DNA of 62,277 nucleotides from Mollicutes bacterium (GTDB taxonomy: Bacteria; Bacillota_I; Bacilli_A; RF39; UBA660): the NCBI GenBank assembly GCA_012799635.1, contig JAAZKW010000028.1:1-62277 (forward strand). The letters are read 5' to 3'. The notes under the pieces were generated by a model. That model searched no databases, was not told where the DNA came from, and saw only the letters and a program-made list of their open reading frames with translations. The position numbers were made by a program, and so were the translations under genes. Within the stretch, counting starts at the first letter, position 1, and every line of letters starts with the position of its first letter. Of this stretch, positions 30,901 through 40,313 are shown in pieces.

Positions 30901-32577
30901 TAAAGCCGTAGCTTTGGCATCATAATCAGCTCGATGATGATGCTTTTCATCAAAGTCTACATTATATCTTTTAACAATCGCAGAAAGAGAGTGTCTTGCA
31001 AAACCTGAATCTAAAGTTCTTGATAATTCTAAAGTATCTATTACGGTATGATTAAATTCCCCAAGATTATATTTTTGCATGGCCCTTTTAATAAAAGAGA
31101 TATCAAATTTAGCATTATGAGCAACCATAGGATTATCCCCCACCCATTTTAAAAACCTTGTAGTAACCTCTTTTTCATTATCAGCATCCTTAACCATTTC
31201 ATCAGTTATTTCTGTTATTGCAGTAATATGATCAGGAAGATGATAGCCAGGATTAATAAATTCATCAAAAGTATCAATAATTTCTCCATCGATAATTTTA
31301 ACAGCCCCAATTTCAATCATTTGATCTCCAACTGCTGCATTAAAACCTGTTGTTTCTGTATCAAAAACCACAAATGTAGTGCCTTTTAAGGGTAAATCCA
31401 TGGAATTTGTAACAATATTAATCATATCTTCTACTAAAACAAGTTCCGCACCATAAAGTCCTTTAAATGCTTTTGATTTATCTTCAATATTTTTATTATA
31501 TTTTTTAATAAGTTCATAACAAACCGGAAATGCTTGACAACCATTATGATCAGTTATAGCAACACCTCTATATCCCATATCAATACATCTTGTTATCAGT
31601 TCACATGTATGAGCATCTAAATCAAGTTTAGTTAAGCCATCCATTTGACTCATCATTGTATGAGCATGAAGTTCAACTCTTTTTACTTTTTCATCGTCAG
31701 TAATGGCCTTTTCTTTAGAAGGTATAATTTCAATTGCTTTAGGAGTTAAAATATATGTTTTAGTATAATCATCTTCTTTGATATCTCCAAAGACTCTTAT
31801 CCATAATCCTTCTTTTAATCTTGACATAATACGATTATTTTCTTCTTTATTATATTTAACAATTTTCATTAAATAACTATCCGTTTTATCACTTACTTTA
31901 ATATTATTAATAAAAACAGGGCCTAACTTACTAGTTCTTTCTAAAGTCTCTATTCCAAATATATAGCATTCAAAAACACTTTTTAAAGCTTCCCCATACA
32001 CATCAATAAACTTAGTTATCTCTCCTTTTACATGTTTTCCCATAACATAAGGGGACTCTTTCTTCTTCAAATCTATTTCTTTATTATTCTCATCTTCAAT
32101 TTCTTTTTTTGTTTCTTTTAAAACATCTTTATCCACAATAACATTTAAATTAATATCACCAAACCCATAAGCTTTATAAGTATTTAATATTTTATTTTTA
32201 TTAGTATCAAAAAACTTAGCAACTATTTCACTTAATAAATTTACTGTTAAATTATTATCTTTTAAACTAATTTTGTTACCCTTCAAAGAAGGTTTGTTTT
32301 TAATTAAGTCATTAAATACCTCTTGAGCATATTCTTCATCACTAAGGTCCTTTTTATATTCAAGATATATTTGACATTTTTTCTCACCATTTATTTTATT
32401 CTTGGCAGCTAAAAATAACTCATCTACTTCTTCTTTAGTCTTAACTTTCTTACATGATAAAAAAACATCATAACTATCTTTACTTTTATAAAAGATAACC
32501 TTTTTAAGTTCTGTATCATCAAAACTACTACCCTTATATTTAATACTATCTAAGAATCTTTTTACATCTTCATTCAT
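27997..32577 (-). CDS. polC: DNA polymerase III PolC
   Basis: ELHAHTMMS PHP domain, VFDTETTG exonuclease, GSRGSVGSS, DKVPDIDLNF, KYMFPKAHAAAY, C-terminal QLSLF clamp motif. Confidence 0.98.
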   Translation of the reverse strand: MNEDVKRFLDSIKYKGSSFDDTELKKVIFYKSKDSYDVFLSCKKVKTKEEVDELFLAAKNKINGEKKCQIYLEYKKDLSDEEYAQEVFNDLIKNKPSLKGNKISLKDNNLTVNLLSEIVAKFFDTNKNKILNTYKAYGFGDINLNVIVDKDVLKETKKEIEDENNKEIDLKKKESPYVMGKHVKGEITKFIDVYGEALKSVFECYIFGIETLERTSKLGPVFINNIKVSDKTDSYLMKIVKYNKEENNRIMSRLKEGLWIRVFGDIKEDDYTKTYILTPKAIEIIPSKEKAITDDEKVKRVELHAHTMMSQMDGLTKLDLDAHTCELITRCIDMGYRGVAITDHNGCQAFPVCYELIKKYNKNIEDKSKAFKGLYGAELVLVEDMINIVTNSMDLPLKGTTFVVFDTETTGFNAAVGDQMIEIGAVKIIDGEIIDTFDEFINPGYHLPDHITAITEITDEMVKDADNEKEVTTRFLKWVGDNPMVAHNAKFDISFIKRAMQKYNLGEFNHTVIDTLELSRTLDSGFARHSLSAIVKRYNVDFDEKHHHRADYDAKATALVFDKMLKKLINQNIENINDIERLISKDEIYKFGKTYHVNLLCKDRVGLKNLFKLISLASTKYLYKTPRIPRSELSSLREGLLIGSGCYESEVFIEARSKDKDDLANIINFYDYIEVQPPECYDHLIQTSDFKNKEEVENHLKKIINATKQNGKIIVATGDVHHFDKEDKIFRKIIVNQKVPGGGLHPLNKKDIKEIPSMHFRTTKEMLDDFKFLDKDLAYEIVVTNTNKVFDMIENIEVILDTKGVPFSPRVRDENTKEFIDCQKVVTDLVYQTAKEWYGDVLPYNIEERISKELYGDIVYNYWHDKLLKENSKLEEKELEKLIFNNIHETILSGYDKVYKITKEYVKENWDDKDGKLTDEILEKKIKKSLGGIIGGGFDAIYLISQRLVKNSNDAGFIVGSRGSVGSSFVAHLIGITEVNALPAHYRCLKCKYSSFEDEENIPYGQNYASGFDLPDKDCPVCGNPLKKDGQDMPFATFLGFNADKVPDIDLNFSDLNQADAHEYTKVLFGVDNVYRAGTITTVADRTAFGFVKGYLEDNGILGKQNIEIERLALGCTGVKRTTGQHPGGIVVIPDYKEVFDFTAFQYPADENKSSWRTTHFAYQSLEENLLKLDILGHSDPTQLRLIQELSNTNVLEVPMDDKKTMSIFSSTDALGVTTEEIMCPTGTLGIPEFGTNFTIGMVDEIKPTSFAELVKIAGLSHGTDVWRGNAQELIKNKIVPFKEVIGCRDDIMVYLIYKGLEPIKAFRIMEFVRRGKASKDQLTWEEHRKTMQDAGIEEWFIDSCEKIKYMFPKAHAAAYVMSAFRIAWYKVHMPACFYASWFSTKATDFDIVAMLGGYDQIKKRIIEIKNKGFEATNKEIGTLECLSVALEAAARKIKLAPIDLYQSKAKNFDIKDDFTLIPPFITIDGLGETVANNIVKEAKKQPFISIEDFQNRCRASQTLVDKMKDMGIFEGMPESSQLSLF

Positions 32578-32594
32578 ATTACACCCATCCTGCT

Positions 32595-35417
32595 TTATCT
32601 TCTTTTAATATTATTAACAATTATTTGGTACTTGTCAAACCTTTTGGAAGATTTCCCCTCAATAAATATTATTTCATTTTCTTTTAAATCACTAACTGTT
32701 TCAAACACCTCTGGAAACAAGGTAAGTTCCACTATTCCCGTTTCATCAGAAGCAACCACAAAAGCCATATTATCACCCTTTTTAGTAGTAATTATAGTTA
32801 TTTTCTCTATTAATAAAGCCATCTTAATATTTTTAAATAAATATTTAATAGTATCTTTTGCTTTTACTACTTTGGTATATATACTTACAGGATGATTACC
32901 AAGATAAGTCCCATAATATTTTATTTCATCTTTAAGAAGCGTTTTATCATCATATTCATCTTTTACATCAATAATTGGTTTATCAAAAGAAAGATCTTCT
33001 AAAGAAGCATAATTAAATATTTCATATTTTTTTTCAATTAAAGCTTTATTAGTAATCTTAAAAGAAAAAAATACTGATGATCTTACTAAAATCTCATATA
33101 TATTATCATTAATAATACTTTTATTTTTAATTAAAAAATCATATATATCTAGATATTCTTCTTCTCTATTATTTATTATTTCATTTATAATATTTTCATT
33201 TAATCCTTTAATCATATTAAAAGGAAGTAATAAATAATTGTTTTTAAATTGAAAATCATTATGCGATTTATTAATATTAGGTTTTAATATCTTAATACCG
33301 CTTTTCTTAAGTTCATTTAAATAATATTTTCTTTTTAAATCATCTTTAGTTTCACTTAAAAGACTTATATAAAAATATACAGGATAATTTGCTTTCAGGT
33401 ATGCAAGACGATATGATATAAGTGAATATGATACTGAATGAGCTTTATTAAAACCATATTCAGCAAATCTTTTAATTTGATTAAATAAATCGTTTAAAAA
33501 CTCTTTATCATAACCATTTTTTATCCCTTTAGCAATAAAATTTTCTTCTTCCTTTATAATAATATCTTCTTTTTTCTTAGATATTGCATTTCTGATATTA
33601 TCTGCTTCATATTCAGTATATCCTGCTATTTTTACAAGTATTCTCATAACTTGTTCTTGATAAATAATAACTCCCCAAGTGCTTTTTAAGATATCTTTCA
33701 AGCTATCATGAACATCTATTTTCCCTTTTTCTTTATTATTTACATATAAATCAATTTGATTACTTGGTCCTGGTCTTACTAATGCCATTGCAATAGAAAG
33801 TTCTTCAAAAGAAGACGGTTTTATCTTTATTAAAGTCTTTTTAGCATAATTTGACTCAAATTGAAAAATATCATTTGTTTCACCATTTTTAAACAACTCA
33901 TAAGTTTTTTTATCATCTAAAGGTATATTATCAAAAGAAATATTTGGTATCTTTTCAATAATATTTTTTATTGTAGTTAAATTCTTTAATGCTAAGAAAT
34001 CCATTTTAAGAAGACCTAACTTTTCTAAATAATCCATAGTTATACCAGTTCGATTTATAACATCATCTTTAATTATAGGAATAATATTTTTTAAAGGTAC
34101 TGATGATATAACTACCCCAGCTGCATGAGTAGAAATGTTTTTCTTTAAATTCTCAAGATGCATTGCAACATCATATAATTCATTAAGTTCACTATACATC
34201 CTTAAATATCTATGTACTACATCTTCTTCTTTATTAGTTTTTAAACTTTTTCTATTATCAATACATTTAATAAACTTATTAAATAAATATATATCTATCT
34301 TAAATACTTTTGCTAAATCCCTTAATATTAATCTTGCTTTATAAGTATTAAAGGTAAGTCCTAAAGCAACAAAATCATCCCCATATTTTTCTTTAACATA
34401 GTTTGTTACTTCGCCTCTTTTAGAATCTTCAAAATCAATATCAATATCAGGCATTTTATTTCGATAGGGATTCAAAAATCTTGCAAAAGATAAATCATAT
34501 TCTATAGGGTCAATATCAGTAATTCCAACAGAATAGCTTACTAAGGAACCTGCAGCACTACCTCTTCCAGGACCTACTAAAATATTGTTTTTCTTTGCAT
34601 ATAAAACATAATCATAAACAATTAAAAAGTAATCAACAAAGTTCATTTCTTTAATTATTTTTAATTCTTCTTCTAATCTTTTTTGATATCTTTTATTTAC
34701 TTTATTATTCAATCTTTTCTCAAGACCAGTCTGAGCAAGCTTACTTAAATATATAAATGAATTAATATTCTTTCTATATACTGGAATATATCTTTTATCA
34801 AAAGGAATTTCAATATTAATATGGTTACTAAATTCTAATAAATATTCATAATCATCTTTAGATATACGATCATTTAAATAATCATTATCACTATGTTCAA
34901 AAGATTTACCCAATAATTTTAAATAATCTATATATTTAATATCTTCTTTAAAAAGACATCTTATATTATTAAGATATACTATTTTATCAGTTAGTATTAA
35001 GGCTACTTTCTTTTCATCATTAGTATTATATGAAATATATATATTATCTTTATTTTCAAACTCTTGGTAAAGATTAATTTCTTTATTTGGTAAAACAACT
35101 AAAATATTATCATCTATTATATCTTTTAAAAGAAGACTTTCTTTTTCATAATTAATAGCAATTAATTTTTGATACCCAATATAATTCTTAGCATATAAAT
35201 ATACCGTATGATCTTCTATTTTTATTTCCATGCCTATTAATGGCTTTATATTATTATTTTTACATTTAAGGTAAAATTCAATACTTCCATAAAGTTCATC
35301 ATCACATATTCCACAAATCTTAATATTTTTTTCAATTAAAACTTTAATTAAATCATCAATTTTAATTAAACTCTTAAGAAGGGAATATTCCGTGATAACT
35401 TTAATTGGAATTAACAT
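32595..35417 (-). CDS. dnaE: DNA polymerase III alpha subunit DnaE
   Basis: GPGRGSAAGSLV, MPDIDIDF, HAAGVVI, YGFNKAHS. Confidence 0.97.
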   Translation of the reverse strand: MLIPIKVITEYSLLKSLIKIDDLIKVLIEKNIKICGICDDELYGSIEFYLKCKNNNIKPLIGMEIKIEDHTVYLYAKNYIGYQKLIAINYEKESLLLKDIIDDNILVVLPNKEINLYQEFENKDNIYISYNTNDEKKVALILTDKIVYLNNIRCLFKEDIKYIDYLKLLGKSFEHSDNDYLNDRISKDDYEYLLEFSNHINIEIPFDKRYIPVYRKNINSFIYLSKLAQTGLEKRLNNKVNKRYQKRLEEELKIIKEMNFVDYFLIVYDYVLYAKKNNILVGPGRGSAAGSLVSYSVGITDIDPIEYDLSFARFLNPYRNKMPDIDIDFEDSKRGEVTNYVKEKYGDDFVALGLTFNTYKARLILRDLAKVFKIDIYLFNKFIKCIDNRKSLKTNKEEDVVHRYLRMYSELNELYDVAMHLENLKKNISTHAAGVVISSVPLKNIIPIIKDDVINRTGITMDYLEKLGLLKMDFLALKNLTTIKNIIEKIPNISFDNIPLDDKKTYELFKNGETNDIFQFESNYAKKTLIKIKPSSFEELSIAMALVRPGPSNQIDLYVNNKEKGKIDVHDSLKDILKSTWGVIIYQEQVMRILVKIAGYTEYEADNIRNAISKKKEDIIIKEEENFIAKGIKNGYDKEFLNDLFNQIKRFAEYGFNKAHSVSYSLISYRLAYLKANYPVYFYISLLSETKDDLKRKYYLNELKKSGIKILKPNINKSHNDFQFKNNYLLLPFNMIKGLNENIINEIINNREEEYLDIYDFLIKNKSIINDNIYEILVRSSVFFSFKITNKALIEKKYEIFNYASLEDLSFDKPIIDVKDEYDDKTLLKDEIKYYGTYLGNHPVSIYTKVVKAKDTIKYLFKNIKMALLIEKITIITTKKGDNMAFVVASDETGIVELTLFPEVFETVSDLKENEIIFIEGKSSKRFDKYQIIVNNIKRR

Positions 35418-35456
35418 ATATCATTTACCTCCTTAATAATATTTTATCATATATAA
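35386..35456. repeat. 71-bp direct repeat copy 1 (dnaE -10 region, RBS, first 10 codons)
   Basis: One mismatch with 40314-40384. Confidence 0.92.
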
Positions 35457-35487
35457 TACTTATATGTATTAAAAATGAGCTACTCGC

Positions 35488-36045
35488 TCATTTATAATCT
35501 TCCCTAATAATTGAATATGACTCCAAGTTAGCATATTTATTGGTATTCTTATCTATTAATCTATTTCTTAATGTTCCTTCATGTTTCATACCCACTTTTT
35601 CCATTACTTTACCACTTCCTATATTTGTAGGAATAAATTGGGCATATATTGTCTCTACTGGGGTTTCTTCAAATAAATAATTAATAACTGCTCTTAGTGC
35701 TTCTGTTGCATAACCTTTGTTCCACCACAAAGACCCATATGCATAACCTATTTCAACAGTATTGTTTGTTTTATCGCAATTTACAGATGTTATAGTACCA
35801 ATTAATGTGTTCGTTTCTTTTAAAATAACAACCCATCTAAATTTATTGTAGTCTTTATATTCGCGAACCCATTTTTCAATTAAATTTTCTGCAACTTTTA
35901 CATCATCATATTTATTCCAAACTGTATATTTTGATACTTTATTATCTCTTCCCACATTAAGAAACAACTCTGCTGCATCGTTTAATTTTGCCTTTCTTAA
36001 TATTAAATTTTTTGTTTCAATTTTTTTAGTTATCGCTTTCTCCAT
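35488..36045 (-). CDS. GNAT acetyltransferase, RimJ/RimL family
   Basis: IETKNLILR, VEIGY, WWNKGYATEAL, NIGSGKVMEKVGMKHEG. Confidence 0.9.
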   Translation of the reverse strand: MEKAITKKIETKNLILRKAKLNDAAELFLNVGRDNKVSKYTVWNKYDDVKVAENLIEKWVREYKDYNKFRWVVILKETNTLIGTITSVNCDKTNNTVEIGYAYGSLWWNKGYATEALRAVINYLFEETPVETIYAQFIPTNIGSGKVMEKVGMKHEGTLRNRLIDKNTNKYANLESYSIIREDYK

Positions 36046-36102
36046 AATATTTTACTTAATAGAAATTAATTCTATTATTTCCTCCTTTATTTGAATTTCT
36101 TT

Positions 36103-37272
36103 TTAATTATTATTATATTCATCTAATAATTCAAGAATTATTTTATTAACCTGCTTTATTTTTACCTGAATATCTTTAATTATATTTTTACCATTAAACA
36201 TTTCTTTGTATTTTTTATTTAATAAATCTATTTCAATTTTACATAAACTATAACTACTAAAATCGTATCCTAATTCATATAATATTATTTCAAATTTAGC
36301 AATTAATGAAAAATATGAGTATATATGTATATATAGTTCTTCTCTTATTCCTAAAATAGCTTTTTTATTTTCATATTCAATAATATCAATAGCATTAATG
36401 GGCACTCCTTTTTTAATGCATATTTTATAAACTAATGCAAAATAACCATAAATTATATCACATTCATGATTCTTAAGCTGTTTTTTTAAGTCTCTAATTA
36501 GGATAACGTCTTTAGTAACACTTGTCTTTTTCTTTATTTTTTTTACAATGTCTATTATTGCACTATTAAAGTCTATTTTACTACAATCAAGCTTTTTTTC
36601 AAGTATCTTAATTTGAGCATTAATATCAAATTCATTATTATCATAAATAGTTTCAAAGCAATTTGTCCACTCATTAAAACCCAACATACTTTTTTCTAAA
36701 TATTTTACTAATTCATCAAAATTTTTCGTTGAATTTAATACAACCATCATTATTTCCTCTGTATTATCTCTACATGAATAATCAAGTACGCCATCTTAAA
36801 AGTGTAAGCTATATTTATTGTTTTTGATATTATCTAAATAATTATTTGATATTATTGGTAAATAATTCGTAATACCGTGTACTCTATCCCTTCCTTTATA
36901 TCCTAAAACATAAGAAATCATATAGGATATTTTATTTTCTAAATTTAATTTTTTTGCAATATCAGAATCACCATAAATAAAACTAATATCAACGTCACTA
37001 AATATTAGATTAGTATTGCGAGCTAAACTACCAGTTAAAAAAATACGCCAATCTTTTATTTTTTCTTGAGGAAAAAAGGAAATTATTTTTTGAATAGTTT
37101 TAATAATAATTTTTTTATGTTTGCTCATAATATATCTCATTTTTTCTTTTGAATAATCATTTAAAACATGTAAATATTCTTCATATAAACTATTGAATTT
37201 TTTTGAATAACTTTTTCTTAATGAATTTATTTTTTTCTGATATTCCCTTTTGCTAATACTTTTATCAACCAA
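36103..37272 (-). pseudogene. Pol-beta-superfamily nucleotidyltransferase with helical C-domain, split by in-frame TAA at 36796-36798
   Basis: LTGSLARN...SDVD motif; ORFs 36796-37272 and 36103-36750 are in frame and read KYSLHF*DGVLDYSCRDNTEEIMMVV. Confidence 0.75.
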
Positions 37273-37400
37273 AATAATTCCCTACTAACAATTAAATGTA
37301 ATTCTAAATTAACATGCTCTTATATACTGTTTTTTAGCCTATCTTTATTTTTTCGATTTTACTTAATAGAAATTATTACTATTGCTTTTTTCTTAGCTTT

Positions 37401-38441
37401 TTATGTCTTTATTTTATAAATATCTTTTTGAAAAATTAGTTGCTTTTTTAAATATTCGTTTAAAAATTCATAAATATCAATGTATTCTTCTTCTTGTATA
37501 ATTTTGTTATATAATTTTTCTCTACCTATTTTTCTCTTTTTTGCTAAATATTTTAACATTCCTTTATTAAAACTGCTTTCTGATGAAAACCACTTGTTAT
37601 TATAAATAAAATATAATTTCATAAACAAATGATCATATTTAAAAACTTCTTTTTCTAAAACAATGTTTTCTTTATTTTCAATATATGGATGAATTAAATA
37701 AATAACTTTTTTGTGAAAAATATGGGCTAAATAATCTACAATATAAATATTAAATAAATGTTTATTACATATAACTGCAATAATGTTTTCTTCATTAAAT
37801 GTTGTTAAAAATAAACTCCAGAAAAAGTCTATATCTAAGTTGTAATCTTTAAACATAACTCCTGTTTTTCTTGATTTAGAAATTAATAACTCTTGTTTTG
37901 AATAATATTCATTAAATTGTTGAAAATTATTATTATATAATTGAGGAATACATTTTATTTTTTTTATATATCTAGGTGAAATTTTTAGAAATAATCTTTT
38001 TTCTTTTTTTTCTTGGCATCCTTTCTTACATTTCGTACATATATATTTATTATTAATTTTTTTAAATAACTTATTGTTATAATATTTCAATGCTTTTTTA
38101 GGAAAATCTATTAATCCACAATCACACTGTATTATTGTTTCACTTTTTTCAATTATTATTTTTTCATCATATAGTCTTTGAATTTTTTCAATAATAATAT
38201 TAATATTATCATTATCTATAAAATAATCATCGAATGTTAACTGTATTTCGTTTAAAAATTTAATAAATCCATTTGTCTTTTTATTCTTAAAACTATGAAG
38301 TAGATTAATTGATAATATATTTTTTATTTTTAATTTTTCAGAAATTAATTTAGATAAAATAATAGATGTTAGCCTTGCGGTTTTTTCTTTAGTAAATGGT
38401 GCTATAGGGAAATTTGTAACAACATAATTATCTTTTTTCAT
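37401..38441 (-). CDS. Degenerate class I aaRS (MetRS-like) catalytic-domain protein
   Basis: Ordered MetRS-like segments (LTFDDY, QRLYDEKII, CDCG/CTKC knuckle, EKRLFLKI, LLISKSRKTGV, IHPYI); no HIGH, KMSKS or anticodon-binding domain. Confidence 0.55.
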   Translation of the reverse strand: MKKDNYVVTNFPIAPFTKEKTARLTSIILSKLISEKLKIKNILSINLLHSFKNKKTNGFIKFLNEIQLTFDDYFIDNDNINIIIEKIQRLYDEKIIIEKSETIIQCDCGLIDFPKKALKYYNNKLFKKINNKYICTKCKKGCQEKKEKRLFLKISPRYIKKIKCIPQLYNNNFQQFNEYYSKQELLISKSRKTGVMFKDYNLDIDFFWSLFLTTFNEENIIAVICNKHLFNIYIVDYLAHIFHKKVIYLIHPYIENKENIVLEKEVFKYDHLFMKLYFIYNNKWFSSESSFNKGMLKYLAKKRKIGREKLYNKIIQEEEYIDIYEFLNEYLKKQLIFQKDIYKIKT

Positions 38442-39327
38442 TTAAAACTCTCTTCATATTTCGGCATAATATTTTTTCTTTTTCTCCTTGAGTAAAAACA
38501 TTACTTGAAGTAAAAGCATTCAATTCTAAGCTATGTGAAGAAAATGGATAATCCGAACCCCAAACAACTTTGGTAATATCTACATTTTCTAAAATAACAG
38601 TATATAAATCATCTAAACTTGCATATTTCTCTATATCAAAAATAATTGCATTTTTAGGCCTTTTTATATAACGATCATATATTCTTTTAGATGGTGCTAT
38701 ATCAATAATAGTATTATCAAGATGGTTCATTTGTTTTATTGCCGGTATATTTAACGCTGCAAAATGAGCGAGTTGGAAGTAATTTTCATATGATTTAATA
38801 AAGTTTATCATATTACTTGGATTTTGGTTGTCAAAGATACCACAATGAACTAACATAGGAACCTTTCCAACAAAAGATGAAACATCATCAAGATTATATC
38901 CACTTAGACCAGTATACGCTTTAATACCCTTTACTAATTTACCATACTTTTCTAAATAATAATCTATTAACCATTTCATTGAAGTTTTTGTCACAGATAC
39001 TAGCAGATAAAAATATAAATTTTTTTCATATTTTAGCAGTTCAAATAAAATATCATTGTATTTTATGTAAGGGTCAATACCACTATATGTTATTAAACCA
39101 CAATTCATACATTTACATAATATTTCTCCTGGCTTATTGCCATCAAACATTGCAATTCTATGATTTTTATTGTTCTTACAACTAATATCTTCAATATAAG
39201 GGTCAATCATTATTACAGACTTATCAATTCCGTTAATTTTCATTAGTTCTTTAAATTCTTCTAATTTTTGTTTAGATTCTTCAACATTTTTTGTTATTGC
39301 AATATGTGCATGTGAATCTATAATCAT
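38428..39327 (-). CDS. Amidohydrolase-superfamily metallohydrolase
   Basis: IIDSHAH, GIKAY, LVHCG, LAHFA, VVWGSDYP, KEKILCRN. Confidence 0.85.
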   Translation of the reverse strand: MIIDSHAHIAITKNVEESKQKLEEFKELMKINGIDKSVIMIDPYIEDISCKNNKNHRIAMFDGNKPGEILCKCMNCGLITYSGIDPYIKYNDILFELLKYEKNLYFYLLVSVTKTSMKWLIDYYLEKYGKLVKGIKAYTGLSGYNLDDVSSFVGKVPMLVHCGIFDNQNPSNMINFIKSYENYFQLAHFAALNIPAIKQMNHLDNTIIDIAPSKRIYDRYIKRPKNAIIFDIEKYASLDDLYTVILENVDITKVVWGSDYPFSSHSLELNAFTSSNVFTQGEKEKILCRNMKRVLNEKR

Positions 39328-39339
39328 ATAATAGCCCTC

Positions 39340-40053
39340 CTATTTATTAAATTCTCTTATTCTTTTTTTAGCCAAGGTAGTATGTGCTTTATTTAACCAA
39401 TTATTTCTTAGTCTATATGTGAATTTGTCAGTAATAACTCTCACTATATCCTTATTATTTAAAGTATAAGTCACAGGAACATAATTACCATTAACAACAA
39501 CTCCAACCATAGTATTTCCAATTTCAGAACTAATATAATAAGCAAGTGGCGCAAATATTTCTATTGTTTCAAGCGCATTTTCTTTTTGCTTAATTTCTAA
39601 TTTATATTCTAACGTTCTCATATTATGTAATCTATCAGCAAGTTTTATTATAATTATTCTAACATCATCGGTTATACTCGTTATTATTTTTCTTGTATTA
39701 GCTACGTCTTGATCTTCTTTACACACAAAGTTAACTTTAGATAATTTTCTAGCCCCATCAACTAATAATGCAATATCCTGATTAAAATAATAAACAATGT
39801 CCTCTTTAGTACATTTTGTATCTTCAAAAACATCATGCAATAATCCAGCACATACTGTATCACAATCAGCATGTAAATCAGCAAGTATGAAGGCAACATT
39901 AATTGGATGCGTTATATATTCTTCTCCACTAATTCTAAATTGTCCATCATGATATTTTTTTACAAATTCATAAGCTTTATTTATTATTTCTAATTCTTCT
40001 GGATTATATTCTCTTATTTTATTAAGTAAATCTTTAATAGTTATTTCTTTCAT
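39340..40053 (-). CDS. RelA/SpoT-derived HD-TGS protein lacking the synthetase domain
   Basis: HDGQFRISGEEYITHP, LLHDVFED, IKLADRLHNMRT, then directly TGS-like EIGNTMVGVVVNG. Confidence 0.85.
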   Translation of the reverse strand: MKEITIKDLLNKIREYNPEELEIINKAYEFVKKYHDGQFRISGEEYITHPINVAFILADLHADCDTVCAGLLHDVFEDTKCTKEDIVYYFNQDIALLVDGARKLSKVNFVCKEDQDVANTRKIITSITDDVRIIIIKLADRLHNMRTLEYKLEIKQKENALETIEIFAPLAYYISSEIGNTMVGVVVNGNYVPVTYTLNNKDIVRVITDKFTYRLRNNWLNKAHTTLAKKRIREFNK

Positions 40054-40073
40054 TTTAACTCCTTTCTAAACAA

Positions 40074-40220
40074 TTAAAAAACGGCGTAAAAAATCTCTTT
40101 TTTTACGCCGCTTATCTTTGCCTCCATATTTATAAGGCATAAACAAGATGTGATAAAACAATATTTCAATTTATTAATAATTTTAATAATAAAATATTTA
40201 ATATAATTAAAACTTATCAT
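40074..40220 (-). CDS. Putative 48-aa leader peptide overlapping an attenuator
   Basis: AGGAG RBS; MISFNYIKYFIIKIINKLKYCFITSCLCLINMEAKISGVKKEIFYAVF*; the last codons form the terminator hairpin. Confidence 0.5.
   Translation of the reverse strand: MISFNYIKYFIIKIINKLKYCFITSCLCLINMEAKISGVKKEIFYAVF
40076..40110 (-). terminator. Intrinsic terminator/attenuator upstream of the HD-TGS gene
   Basis: CGGCGTAAAAAA-agaga-TTTTTTACGCCG followed by TTTTTT, about 20 nt before the ATG. Confidence 0.8.
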
Positions 40221-40313
40221 ATATGCTCCTTTTTATATAAATTAAATTCATACTATAACAAAATTTAATAAAAAGCAAGCTTTAAGATGCTGTTTATGTT
40301 GAAAATATATGAT

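Larger units (their letters stand above)
35457..40313 (-). mobile_element. Integrase-free genomic island in the dnaE 5' end
   Basis: Bounded by 71-bp direct repeats; carries only accessory genes. Confidence 0.6.

Noticed and set aside
15961-36798. Stop-codon reassignment explaining the two in-frame TAA codons
   Set aside because: TAA terminates most core genes here (rpsD, tsf, polC) and Trp is TGG, consistent with code 11.
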